Below, one piece after another: positions 8,532 through 17,808 of a stretch of DNA of 64,000 nt. The stretch's first letter is position 1; every line of letters begins with the position of its first letter. The notes below the pieces were generated by a model. It did no database searches, was not told the DNA's origin, and saw nothing but the letters and a program-made list of their open reading frames with translations. Origin of the DNA: Candidatus Krumholzibacteriota bacterium (GTDB taxonomy: Bacteria; Krumholzibacteriota; Krumholzibacteriia; LZORAL124-64-63); assembly GCA_039714075.1 (NCBI GenBank), contig JBDLKA010000001.1, forward strand, positions 96,001-160,000, given 5' to 3'. The translations under genes were made by a program, and so were the position numbers.

Positions 8532-10779
8532 AAATGAATTCCTCGTTCCCAAGCGTTGCCGTATTTGCGTCTTTCCTCATGTGTATGTTTTTCGGGTCAT
8601 CCGGTGCCCTGCCCCTCAAGGGAGGCCCGCCCGTCCGCAGTCACCTTCTGGATCCCCAAAAATCCGACTTGGTTTCCGACAAAAGCCCCGGCGACAGCCT
8701 GAACACCACATGGCTTGGCGCCTGGGCCCACGGACCATGTGTTGCCGTTGCCGTCCAGGGTGAGTATGCCTTCTTCGGCGATGGGAGTTATCTGCGGATT
8801 GCCGATATCTCCAATCCGGAGTCCCCGGTGGAGGTGGGCATCCTGCTCCTGCCGGAACCAGTTCTGGGAGTGGATGTAGACGGCAACTACGCGTATGTGG
8901 CCAATGACCAATCCGGCCTGCAGATAATCGATATCGGGAATCCCGCCTCACCTGTTGCAGTGGGCAACTACGATACTCCCGGCAATGCCGTCGACGTATT
9001 TCTCAGCGACCATTACGCCTATGTGGCGGATTATTATATGGGTCTTGCCATCATCGACGTTAGCAATCCCGCATCACCGGTAACAGTTGGCCGCTTCCAA
9101 TCGGGCAATCGCACATCTGGGGTATCTGTCGCCGGGAGTTATGCTTATGTGACCGATATTTTGTATGGTCTTCGCATCGTCGACGTGAGTAATCCGGCCG
9201 TATTGGTTGAAACAGGTTTTCTCGAAACGCCCGGCCAAACTCATGGCGTATTCGTCAGCGGGGATATGGCCTATGTTGCGGATGGTTCTGCCGGACTCCG
9301 ACTCATCGACGTGGGCTATCCCGCGATGCCGGTGGAATCAGGGTTTTTCGATACGCCCGGTATTTCTTATGATGTTTTTGTCAGCGCCGATTACGCCTAT
9401 GTGGCTGATGATTCAGACGGCCTTCGCATCCTTGATGTCAGCAACCCTGCTGCCCCAATTGAAGAGGGCTTTTTCGATTCGGAGGGCCTTGCCCGCAGGT
9501 TGATCATCAGGGGTGGTTTCGCGTATGTGGCCGACAATCAAGATGGACTTCGCCTCATCGATGTCAGCAATCCGTCCACGCCCCTCGAGCCAGCCTTTAT
9601 TGCTACGGGCGGCCTGGCTTTTGACGTTTCCGTCAGCGGAAACTACGCCTATGTTGCCGACATGGGTGGAGGCCTTCGGATCATCGATGTGACAGACCCC
9701 ACGGTTCCGATTGAAACCGGCAGTTTCGATACTGGCGGCGATGCAAACGGTATTTTCGTCAGCGGCCATTACGCCTATGTCGCAGCTGATGCTGCGGGTC
9801 TCCGCATCATCGATATCAGCGATCCATCCATGCCAACTGAAACTGGTCATATCGATACCCCAGGCGGCGCCAGGGACCTAGTTGTCAGGGGCGATTATGC
9901 CTATGTGGCCGACATGGGGCATGGCCTTCGTATCATCGACGTAAGCAACCCCGCGTCACCTATTGAAGTGGGCTTCATTTTATCGGCCGACTTTGCTTTT
10001 GAAGTCTTTATCCGCGGCGACTTCGCCTATGTAGCTGATATTATGGCGGGTCTCAGCATCTTCGACATCAGTAACCCCACGGCGCCTGTTGCCGTTGGTA
10101 ATTTCGTTACGGCCGACTGGGCTTTTGGTGTTTTTGTCAGTGGGGACTTCGCCTACGTGACGGATTGGGCGGGTGGACTAAGTATCATAGACGTGAGCGA
10201 TCCGGCCTTGCCCTTTGAAGTCGTCAACTTCTTTACCGGTGGCGCTGCCTATGATGTCATCGTCAGTGGCAATTTTGCCTGTGTGGCGAATCACTCGAAA
10301 GGACTCGGGATCTATGATGTGAGCAACCCTGCTGTTCCGGTCGAAGTGGGTTTTTTCGAAACGGGCAATGCCGTTTATGACCTTTTTGTAAGTGGCAACT
10401 ACGCCTACCTGGCAGACTATTTTTGTGGACTCCAAATTGTTCGTATGGATTTGGCCGTTGCGGGATTCGGAAGCGAAGATGTTCCAAGCCACGGAACAGT
10501 CCTCCGTGATGCCTACCCCAATCCCTTCAATCCCCAGACCACCATTTCCTTTGATGTACCCACCCGGGCCGTTGTTAGTTTGGCCGTGTACGATGTTTCA
10601 GGTCGCCTGGTTGATGTCTTGCTTGACCATGAATTCGCCGACCAGGGTCGGAACGAAGTCGTTTGGCAAGGCCATGACATGAATGGGAAGGTCGTTTCCA
10701 CCGGTGTCTATTTCTACCGTCTGGAAACCGGGGGATATACCGAGACGAAGGGTATGGCTTTGGTCAAATGAATTCCTCG
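8532..10779 (+). repeat. 14-bp direct repeat AAATGAATTCCTCG at 8532-8545 and 10766-10779 bounding the LVIVD gene
   Basis: Exact match read from the sequence; first copy contains the ATG, second contains the TGA. Confidence 0.8.
8534..10771 (+). CDS. Secreted LVIVD-repeat (beta-propeller) protein with C-terminal FlgD-Ig/T9SS-type-A-like domain
   Basis: Signal peptide; 14 repeats of about 42 aa (V.V.G.YAYVAD..GL.IIDVSNP..P); tail YPNPFNPQTTISF...YDVSGRLV...GVYFYRL...MALVK. Confidence 0.9.
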   Translation: MNSSFPSVAVFASFLMCMFFGSSGALPLKGGPPVRSHLLDPQKSDLVSDKSPGDSLNTTWLGAWAHGPCVAVAVQGEYAFFGDGSYLRIADISNPESPVEVGILLLPEPVLGVDVDGNYAYVANDQSGLQIIDIGNPASPVAVGNYDTPGNAVDVFLSDHYAYVADYYMGLAIIDVSNPASPVTVGRFQSGNRTSGVSVAGSYAYVTDILYGLRIVDVSNPAVLVETGFLETPGQTHGVFVSGDMAYVADGSAGLRLIDVGYPAMPVESGFFDTPGISYDVFVSADYAYVADDSDGLRILDVSNPAAPIEEGFFDSEGLARRLIIRGGFAYVADNQDGLRLIDVSNPSTPLEPAFIATGGLAFDVSVSGNYAYVADMGGGLRIIDVTDPTVPIETGSFDTGGDANGIFVSGHYAYVAADAAGLRIIDISDPSMPTETGHIDTPGGARDLVVRGDYAYVADMGHGLRIIDVSNPASPIEVGFILSADFAFEVFIRGDFAYVADIMAGLSIFDISNPTAPVAVGNFVTADWAFGVFVSGDFAYVTDWAGGLSIIDVSDPALPFEVVNFFTGGAAYDVIVSGNFACVANHSKGLGIYDVSNPAVPVEVGFFETGNAVYDLFVSGNYAYLADYFCGLQIVRMDLAVAGFGSEDVPSHGTVLRDAYPNPFNPQTTISFDVPTRAVVSLAVYDVSGRLVDVLLDHEFADQGRNEVVWQGHDMNGKVVSTGVYFYRLETGGYTETKGMALVK

Positions 10780-10873
10780 GGTTGATTCATCTCGGTCTGG
10801 CCACACCACTGTCCTGCCCCCCTAAAAAGCCTTTATCGTTGACCCTGCCTGACCTTGACGGGATACTTACCTC

Positions 10874-12025
10874 ATGGCCAACCCTTCTACTAAAAATATC
10901 ATGCCGGCCGGGACGCGTCTCGTGTTGGCGGCAGTCATTGTGGTAGCCCTAGGAGCGGGCGCTTTTTTTCTGCGCCCATGGACGGAACACCCACCGGCCG
11001 ACATTGCCCCTGAGACAGCCGTCGAAACCGTCGACTCCTTCTACATGCCCGCCGAATTCCAACCCCAGGACCTCCTTTTTCTGGGCGGCGCCCAGTTGGC
11101 CGAACTGCACCCCGACGTCCTGGCGGCCATCGTCAAGGCCGCCTCCGCCGAAGTCAGGATCCAAATACTGGCTGGGTCTGGGGAGGGCCGGACCCTGATC
11201 GAATCCGTTCTGACCGACAACGGACTGCCCTTGACCTCGGTGGACATCCTGCAACTGCCCATCCTGACCATGTGGCTTCGTGATTTCGGCCCCGCCACCG
11301 TCACCGACGCCAACGGATTCCGCAGCATGGTGGACTTCCACTACCGGGAACGACGCGGCAACAAGCTTGACGACGGGGTGGCCGCGCATCTCGCCACGGG
11401 CATGGGCCTGAACCTGATGAGCAGCAGGATGCTGGTCGAAGGGGGAGACTATCTGAGCAACGGCCGGGGGCTTTGTCTTTTGTCGACCCGGGTGATCAAC
11501 CGCAACGCCCACTACCTGGAAATGGATCCCGACCAGACGATGGCCAACTTCGCCGCCCTGCTGGGCTTCGAAACCCTTTCCATGGTGCCGCCCCTGCTGG
11601 GGGAAAGCACCGGTCACGCCGACATGTTCTGCGCTTTTCTGCGCCCGGACCTGGTCGTCGTCGGCCGTTACGACCGTGCGGTCGACCTGGACAATGCCGC
11701 CCAGCTGGACATGATCGTGGAGAGGCTGGAGGATTTCCCCACCCTGGACGGTCCGCTTAAAGTGGAACGGATACCCATGCCAGACCACGACGATGATGTC
11801 TGGCGCTCCTACACCAACATCGTGTTCGCCAATGGTGTGTTGCTGGTTCCCGTTTACCCGGACTACTGTCCGGATCTGGACGAAGTCGCCCTGGCGACCT
11901 ACCGGCGCCTTCTGCCCGACCGGCGGGTTGTCGGCATCGACGCCTCGCGGTTGATCAGAATGAACGGAGCCTTGCGCTGCATCACCATGAATGTGCCCAG
12001 CGGATCGCCCTTGCCTCCCAATTGA
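10874..12025 (+). CDS. Agmatine/peptidyl-arginine deiminase family protein with N-terminal membrane anchor
   Basis: MPAEF, WLRDFGP, EGGD..SNG.G, TGHADM, SYTN, GALRCIT catalytic Cys. Confidence 0.88.
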   Translation: MANPSTKNIMPAGTRLVLAAVIVVALGAGAFFLRPWTEHPPADIAPETAVETVDSFYMPAEFQPQDLLFLGGAQLAELHPDVLAAIVKAASAEVRIQILAGSGEGRTLIESVLTDNGLPLTSVDILQLPILTMWLRDFGPATVTDANGFRSMVDFHYRERRGNKLDDGVAAHLATGMGLNLMSSRMLVEGGDYLSNGRGLCLLSTRVINRNAHYLEMDPDQTMANFAALLGFETLSMVPPLLGESTGHADMFCAFLRPDLVVVGRYDRAVDLDNAAQLDMIVERLEDFPTLDGPLKVERIPMPDHDDDVWRSYTNIVFANGVLLVPVYPDYCPDLDEVALATYRRLLPDRRVVGIDASRLIRMNGALRCITMNVPSGSPLPPN

Positions 12026-12110
12026 CGTATTTCCCTTGTTTCCCGGCCCCGTTTCCCCGAAAATTCATCTGCTCGGAAACTTATCTCCAGTCCTCACAGG
12101 GAGGCCTTCC

Positions 12111-14039
12111 ATGTTCCGGTCATCGCTCCGCCTTTTCCTGACCATCCTGACCTGCGCCGTTCTGGCCGGCGCCGCCGTGGCGGCCGAACTGCCGGATTAC
12201 AAACCGGACGCCAACGCCACCCGGTCCGAGGTCCCCGACGCCTATAAATGGAACCTGAGCCCGCTTTACGAATCGCCCGCAGCCTGGGAAGGGGAACTCG
12301 ACACCCTGCGGGATGAAATCAAGGGCCTCGCTGCCTACCAGGGGAAACTGACCGACCCCGCGGCGCTCAAGAAATGCCTGGACCTGTATTTCGGTCTGCA
12401 CGACCGCGCCAGCCACGTGACCCAGTACGCCAACCTGGCCCTGGATTCCGAGCAGACGGACCAGGAACTACAGGCGCGCTCGCAACGCGGCCTGGTCCTG
12501 ATGGACGAACTCATGGCCGCCGCCGGCTTCATCCGCGGAGAAGTGCTGGCACTCGACGGCGCGGCCATGAACCAGGCGTACGAGGCCGCCGACGGTCCCT
12601 CCGAATACCGCACCTACCTGGACAACCTGCGCCGCCGCCAGTCCCGGGTGCTCGGGGAAGAAGCGGAGCGTGTCCTGCAGCTGATGGGGGACAACCTGTG
12701 GGCCGAGATCGACCTCAACGAAATCCCCAGTGATCTCGAGAACACCTTCGGCGCTCTGCTGTCGGACATCGCCTGGCCCATGGTCCACGACGCCGAGGGC
12801 AAGGAAGTCCAACTCACTTTGTCGAACCTCGGCCGTTTCCGCGCCTCGCCCGACCGCAAGGTGCGCGCCGAAGCCATGACCGCTTTTTTCGCCACCCTCA
12901 GGCAGTTCCAGCACGCCCTGGCCAATACCCTGGGCGGCCAGTTCAAGCTGGACGTCAACTACGCGCGGGCCCGGGGCTACGACACCGCCCTGGAAGCCTA
13001 TCTGGACAAGGACAACCTCGACATCGCCGTGCACGACAACCTGATCAGCGCCGTCAATGGCAACCTCGAACCCCTGCACCGGTACGTCGAGTTGCGCCGC
13101 AAGGTACTCGGTTACGACGACCTGCACATCTACGACCTGTACGTACCCATGGTCGAGGCCGCCGAGATGGACGTGCCCTACGGCAAGGCCCTCGAAGTCC
13201 TGCCGGAGGCCCTGGCTCCCCTGGGGACCCAGTACGTCGAACTGCTGAACCACGGTCTGGATCCGGCCAACGGCTGGATCGACGTGTACCCCAGCAACGA
13301 CAAGGACAGTGGCGCGTTTTCCGCCAGTGTCTACGGACGTCATCCCTACGTGAAGATGAACTACCAGGACAGCCTGGACGACATGTCCACCTTGGCCCAC
13401 GAGTACGGGCACGCCATCCACAGCGCGCTGGCCATGGAGCATCAGCCTTATCACAACTACCGGTACGTGGCCTTCCTGGCGGAAATCGCCTCGACCTGCA
13501 ACGAGGCCTTCCTGTCCGACTACCTGGCCGCCAACGCCAAGGACAACGCCGAGAAGGCCGGCATCCTGGCCGCGGAACTGGAAAGCATCCGGACCACGAT
13601 CTACCGGCAGACCCTGTTCAGCGAGTTCGAACGCGCCGTTCACCGCTTCGTGGAAGAGGGCACTCCGGTAACCGCCGCGCTGCTGGACGAGACATACGCC
13701 GACCTGATCAGGCGCTACTACGGACCCGGCTTCACTGTCGACGAGAACGACGGCATGGAGTGGGCCTACATCCCGCACTTCTACTACAAGTACTACGTCT
13801 ACAGCTACGCGACGGGCCTGAGCTGCGGCCTGGCCATCGCGGAACGAGTGAAGGATGAAGGACAGCCAGCGGTGGATGGTTATCTGGAAATGCTCAAGGG
13901 CGGCTGCAGCGAGGCGCCCCTGGACCTGCTGCTGAAAGCCGGGGTGGACCTGACCAGTCCCGCAGCCATCGCCGCGGCCCTGGAAAGGTTCGACCGCACC
14001 ATCACCGAGCTGGCCGAACTGCTCGAAGTGGAGATGTAG
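12111..14039 (+). CDS. pepF: Exported oligoendopeptidase F (M3B peptidase)
   Basis: HEYGH zinc motif, KDSGAFS, AEIAST.NE, IPHFYY.YYVYSYATG; signal peptide. Confidence 0.9.
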   Translation: MFRSSLRLFLTILTCAVLAGAAVAAELPDYKPDANATRSEVPDAYKWNLSPLYESPAAWEGELDTLRDEIKGLAAYQGKLTDPAALKKCLDLYFGLHDRASHVTQYANLALDSEQTDQELQARSQRGLVLMDELMAAAGFIRGEVLALDGAAMNQAYEAADGPSEYRTYLDNLRRRQSRVLGEEAERVLQLMGDNLWAEIDLNEIPSDLENTFGALLSDIAWPMVHDAEGKEVQLTLSNLGRFRASPDRKVRAEAMTAFFATLRQFQHALANTLGGQFKLDVNYARARGYDTALEAYLDKDNLDIAVHDNLISAVNGNLEPLHRYVELRRKVLGYDDLHIYDLYVPMVEAAEMDVPYGKALEVLPEALAPLGTQYVELLNHGLDPANGWIDVYPSNDKDSGAFSASVYGRHPYVKMNYQDSLDDMSTLAHEYGHAIHSALAMEHQPYHNYRYVAFLAEIASTCNEAFLSDYLAANAKDNAEKAGILAAELESIRTTIYRQTLFSEFERAVHRFVEEGTPVTAALLDETYADLIRRYYGPGFTVDENDGMEWAYIPHFYYKYYVYSYATGLSCGLAIAERVKDEGQPAVDGYLEMLKGGCSEAPLDLLLKAGVDLTSPAAIAAALERFDRTITELAELLEVEM

Positions 14040-14123
14040 GCCGGTTCTTTTACATTGTACCGTCGGGGCTCCGGAATATATTCTGGAGCCGTGGAAACGT
14101 TAGCTTTCAGCGCAAGGACTCCC

Positions 14124-14798
14124 ATGACAGTCGGCGCCATCCTGCCAGCCTTGAACGCCGCCCGCTTTCTGACCGAAGTGATCGGTGAGATCCGCGAGCG
14201 CCACCCCGACTTGCATGTCCTGGTCGTGGACGACGGCAGCACTGACGGCACCGCCGACACCGCCCGGGCGGCCGGGGCCGAGGTCATCGTCCACGAGGTG
14301 AACAAGGGCAAGGGCGAAGCACTCAAGACCGGTTACAGCTGGGCGCAGGACCAGAACCTGGAATGGGTCTTCACCATGGACTCGGACGGCCAGCACCTGC
14401 CCGCGGAAATGCAGGGTTTTCTCGACACCGCCACCCGGGACAACTTCGACGTCGTGGTCGGCACCCGCATGGCCCGGACCGAGAACATGCCCTGGCTGCG
14501 CTTGAAGACCAACCAGTTCACCAGCTGGGTGATCAGCCGGTTGGCGGGTCAATACATCCCCGATTCCCAGAATGGCTACCGACTTTACCGGACCAAATGT
14601 TTCAAGGGACTGGTCCTGCAGACCAGCCGCTACGATTCCGAGTCGGAAATCCTGGTGCGCATGTCCCGCAAGGGCTACCGTATCGGCTCGACTCCCATCA
14701 CCACCGTCTACGGGGATGAAGAGAGCTCCATCAACCCCTTCGTCGATACCGGCCGTTTTTTCCGGCTGGTCTTCATGTTGATGTTTTCCCGGGACTGA
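14124..14798 (+). CDS. GT2 glycosyltransferase (DPM1-like)
   Basis: VVDDGSTDGT, GKGEAL, MDSDGQH, DSQNGYRLY. Confidence 0.9.
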   Translation: MTVGAILPALNAARFLTEVIGEIRERHPDLHVLVVDDGSTDGTADTARAAGAEVIVHEVNKGKGEALKTGYSWAQDQNLEWVFTMDSDGQHLPAEMQGFLDTATRDNFDVVVGTRMARTENMPWLRLKTNQFTSWVISRLAGQYIPDSQNGYRLYRTKCFKGLVLQTSRYDSESEILVRMSRKGYRIGSTPITTVYGDEESSINPFVDTGRFFRLVFMLMFSRD

Positions 14799-14825
14799 AA
14801 CCGGCTGCCAGGATTGGATTTTCGC

Positions 14826-15626
14826 ATGAGCACAAAACACGTCTTGATCTCCAACGACGATGGCATCGACGCCCACGGCCTGGGTGTCCTGGAAAGCACG
14901 GTGCGGGCCATGGACGGGTTCCGCGTCACGGTGGTGGCGCCCAGCGACCAGCAAAGCGCCTCGAGCCACAGCCTGACCCTGACGTCCCCGCTGCGCATCC
15001 TCGAACAGGGCGAAGACAGGTACGCGGTGACCGGCACCCCGACCGACAGCGTCCTGGTGGCCATGGAGAAGATCCTGCGCGCGGACCGGCCCGACCTCGT
15101 GCTCAGCGGCATCAACCACGGGCCCAACATGGGGGAGGACGTCCTGTACTCGGGCACCGTGGCCGCGGCCATGGAAGGCACCATGTTCGGCATCCCCAGC
15201 TACGCCATCTCCCTGGCGGCTTGGCATCCCACGGATTTCAGCGGCGCGGCCGATTTCATCCGGCGCAGCCTGCGGGAAATTCTCGAATTTCCCCTGCGCA
15301 AGGGATCGCTCATGAACATCAACATCCCCGACGGACCGCCCAGCAACCTGCAGGGCATCCGGGTCACCCGCCTGGGCAGCCGGGTCTACAGCAACGTGAT
15401 CACCGACCAGGTCGATCCCCACGGCCGTCCCTACTTCTGGATCGGCGGACAGGGCCCGACCTGGGCCCGCGAGAACGGCAGCGACTACTGCGCGGTGGAA
15501 GAGGGCTACGTCAGCCTGACGCCCCTGATGGTGGACCTGACCCATTACGGCCTGCAGCAGGAAATGAAACACCTCGAGCGGGACGGCCTGGCTGAAGAAG
15601 GCAACGCGGGCGGTGGCTCGCGATGA
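14826..15626 (+). CDS. surE: 5'/3'-nucleotidase SurE
   Basis: LISNDDGI, GTPTDSV, SGINHGPN.G.DVLYSGTVAAA. Confidence 0.97.
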   Translation: MSTKHVLISNDDGIDAHGLGVLESTVRAMDGFRVTVVAPSDQQSASSHSLTLTSPLRILEQGEDRYAVTGTPTDSVLVAMEKILRADRPDLVLSGINHGPNMGEDVLYSGTVAAAMEGTMFGIPSYAISLAAWHPTDFSGAADFIRRSLREILEFPLRKGSLMNINIPDGPPSNLQGIRVTRLGSRVYSNVITDQVDPHGRPYFWIGGQGPTWARENGSDYCAVEEGYVSLTPLMVDLTHYGLQQEMKHLERDGLAEEGNAGGGSR

Positions 15627-16279
15627 AGGATTACGCCGTCGCGAGGCGGCGCATGGTTCGCGAGCAACTGGTCGAAGGGGGGCTCAACGATCGTCGTGTC
15701 CTGAAGGTGATGGAAGAGGTGCCCCGCCACCTGTTCGTGCCCAAACTGCTCCAGCACCGCGCTCACCAGCCCAGTGCCCTGCCCATCGGGCACGGCCAGA
15801 CTATCAGCAAACCCTTTACCGTCGGGCTGATGACCTGCCTGCTGGAACTTCAGGGCCACGAGCATGTTCTGGAGGTCGGCACGGGATCCGGCTACCAGGC
15901 CGCCATCCTGGCCCGGCTGGTCCGCAGTGTTGTCTCTGTGGAGCGAATCCGGCCCCTGGCCGAACGCTCGCGGGTGACTTTGGCCAAGATGGGGGTCGAG
16001 AACATCAACGTGTTGGCCCATGACGGGGGAGTGGGAGCTCCGGACCACGCGCCCTTCGACGCCATCATGGTCACCGCCTGCGCGCCCAGCCTGCCGGCCC
16101 ATCTGGTGTCGCAACTGAAGGACGGCGGCCACCTGTTGATCCCCATCAGCAAGGGCCGCGAACAGATCCTGTACCGGTACCGCCGCGAAGGCCAGGAAGT
16201 GTCGATCGAGCAGTCGGTATCCTGCCGGTTCGTCCCGCTCTTGTCCGGGGTGACCGCCGAGGGAGAAAATCTTGCGTGA
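15623..16279 (+). CDS. pcm: Protein-L-isoaspartate O-methyltransferase
   Basis: VPRHLFV, GQTIS, VLEVGTGSGYQAA, APFDAI; follows surE. Confidence 0.96.
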   Translation: MKDYAVARRRMVREQLVEGGLNDRRVLKVMEEVPRHLFVPKLLQHRAHQPSALPIGHGQTISKPFTVGLMTCLLELQGHEHVLEVGTGSGYQAAILARLVRSVVSVERIRPLAERSRVTLAKMGVENINVLAHDGGVGAPDHAPFDAIMVTACAPSLPAHLVSQLKDGGHLLIPISKGREQILYRYRREGQEVSIEQSVSCRFVPLLSGVTAEGENLA

Positions 16280-16763
16280 ACAGCTTCTGGAATCCATCCA
16301 GCAATTGCCGCCCCCGGTCGCGGTCTTCCTGGTGGCCATGCTGCCGGTTTTCGAGCTCAGGGGCGCCGTGCCCCTCGGGTACGCCATGGGCATGGAAAGT
16401 CCCGTCCTGATCTACCTGTTGTCCGTGGCGGGCAATTTCGTCCCCGTGCTGCCCATTCTTTTCCTTTTGGGACCGGCCGAGCGGACGCTGCGGCGCTTCA
16501 AGACCATGGACCGCTTCTTCGACTGGCTGTTCCGGCGTACCGTCAGCCGCAGCAAATTGATCAAGAAATACGAGAGTCTGGGCCTGATCCTGTTCGTGGC
16601 CATCCCCGCACCCATGACCGGCGCCTGGACCGGCAGCGTGGCCGCCTACCTGTTCAAACTTCCCTTGCGGATGGCAATTCCATGTATCATTCTTGGCATC
16701 CTGATCGCCGGAGTGGTGGTCACGCTTGTTTCACAGGGGGTTATCTCCTTTTGGCACATGTAG
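16272..16763 (+). CDS. Small multidrug-export-like membrane protein (COG2426 type)
   Basis: PVFELRGAVP, LFVAIP.P.TGAWTG; four hydrophobic segments. Confidence 0.85.
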   Translation: MREQLLESIQQLPPPVAVFLVAMLPVFELRGAVPLGYAMGMESPVLIYLLSVAGNFVPVLPILFLLGPAERTLRRFKTMDRFFDWLFRRTVSRSKLIKKYESLGLILFVAIPAPMTGAWTGSVAAYLFKLPLRMAIPCIILGILIAGVVVTLVSQGVISFWHM

Positions 16764-16801
16764 CGTGGTAATCCGCCGGATCGGGACCGACATCTTTCAG
16801 T

Positions 16802-16879
16802 CGGGGCGTAGCGCAGCCCGGTTAGCGCGCCTGCTTCGGGAGCAGGAGGTCGGGAGTTCAAATCTCCCCGCCCCGACCA
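16802..16879 (+). tRNA. tRNA-Pro(CGG)
   Basis: CGGGGCGTAGCGCAG...CCTGC-TTCGGGA-GCAGG...GAGTTCAAATCTC...CCCCGACCA. Confidence 0.95.
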
Positions 16880-16966
16880 TTAACCCAATTAAATTGCCAA
16901 AGTTGTCCGAATGATGGGCAGCTTTTTTTATTGGCTTATTGGTGGGGCAACTGGGAATAGGACCCT

Positions 16967-17578
16967 TTACCGGAACAAGGCCTTGACCGACCCGAAGCTG
17001 GCTCCCTCAACCCCAACAACACAATCCGTATTGACGGTGGCCACGGGGATGTCGGGCCCACCGGACGACTGGTAGACCTGCATCAGAATAGATCCTTCCG
17101 CATTCTGCACAATCGGATAAACACCTGGTATCGAAGGATTCGAAGATTGATGGAGGTACATTTCCACAGGCATATATTCCAGAAACATATATTGCCACGA
17201 GTGTAGAATGGTCGCGGGCTCAGCTACAATCGAATAGGGCAAACCGACGACAAAATCACCACCCAGATGATTGTTGCCTGGAATAGGTGGACCTGCCCAG
17301 ACCCTATTACCAGGGGTGGTAGCCAACCTGTAGAACAAGCTTTCCATGCCGGCGGGAACCACGTTCTCAAGCCCGAACTCATATGCGTTGATCGCCGGCG
17401 CGGTGGGATTGGTCAGAATCAAATATGCCATGAAGGGGATCCCGGCAGGAACGATCAGGCAATTATCCTCGGCCGCCGTGTCGAAATAGATGCCAATCGA
17501 ATCAGGGTCGGGATCAATGACGGCAAGGACCGATGTCGCAGTAAGGCATGCCAGCAACAGAACCATCAACTTCTTCAT
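16967..17578 (-). CDS. Secreted protein, paralog family copy 2 (most divergent)
   Basis: MKKLMVLLLACLTATSVLA signal; IGIYFD, ILTNPTAPAINAYEFGL, GGDFVVGL, VQNAEGSILMQV; tail VEGASFGSVKALFR. Start placed at 17578 rather than 17773 by alignment to paralogs. Confidence 0.88.
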   Translation of the reverse strand: MKKLMVLLLACLTATSVLAVIDPDPDSIGIYFDTAAEDNCLIVPAGIPFMAYLILTNPTAPAINAYEFGLENVVPAGMESLFYRLATTPGNRVWAGPPIPGNNHLGGDFVVGLPYSIVAEPATILHSWQYMFLEYMPVEMYLHQSSNPSIPGVYPIVQNAEGSILMQVYQSSGGPDIPVATVNTDCVVGVEGASFGSVKALFR

Positions 17579-17808
17579 GTCGCACCCCCAAATATTTGAA
17601 ATAAAAATCAGGCGAACGAAAATCAGCGAAGCATGTTGTAATGGGAGCAGTGTACCACAATCGAGAGCCAGGATGGTATTGGACAGGTCACCGGGTGCTT
17701 CATTGACCACAACCCGGGGGAGATGTACATTTTCCATCCTGAACAAAGGGGTGGACATGGTGTTCAGCCCCAAAAGGGGTTTGACACATTTATCGAAGGC
17801 GCAACTTC

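Noticed and set aside
8700..10440. Nucleotide periodicity of about 126 bp as a DNA repeat array
   Set aside because: Explained by the LVIVD protein repeats, which are degenerate at the DNA level.
10772..10873. Integron attC site downstream of the LVIVD gene
   Set aside because: Only a short ATGAAT/ATTCAT inverted repeat; no convincing RYYYAAC...GTTRRRY structure and no intI.
17579..17773. 65-aa N-terminal extension on paralog copy 2
   Set aside because: The signal peptide and alignment with the other copies begin at the ATG at 17578.
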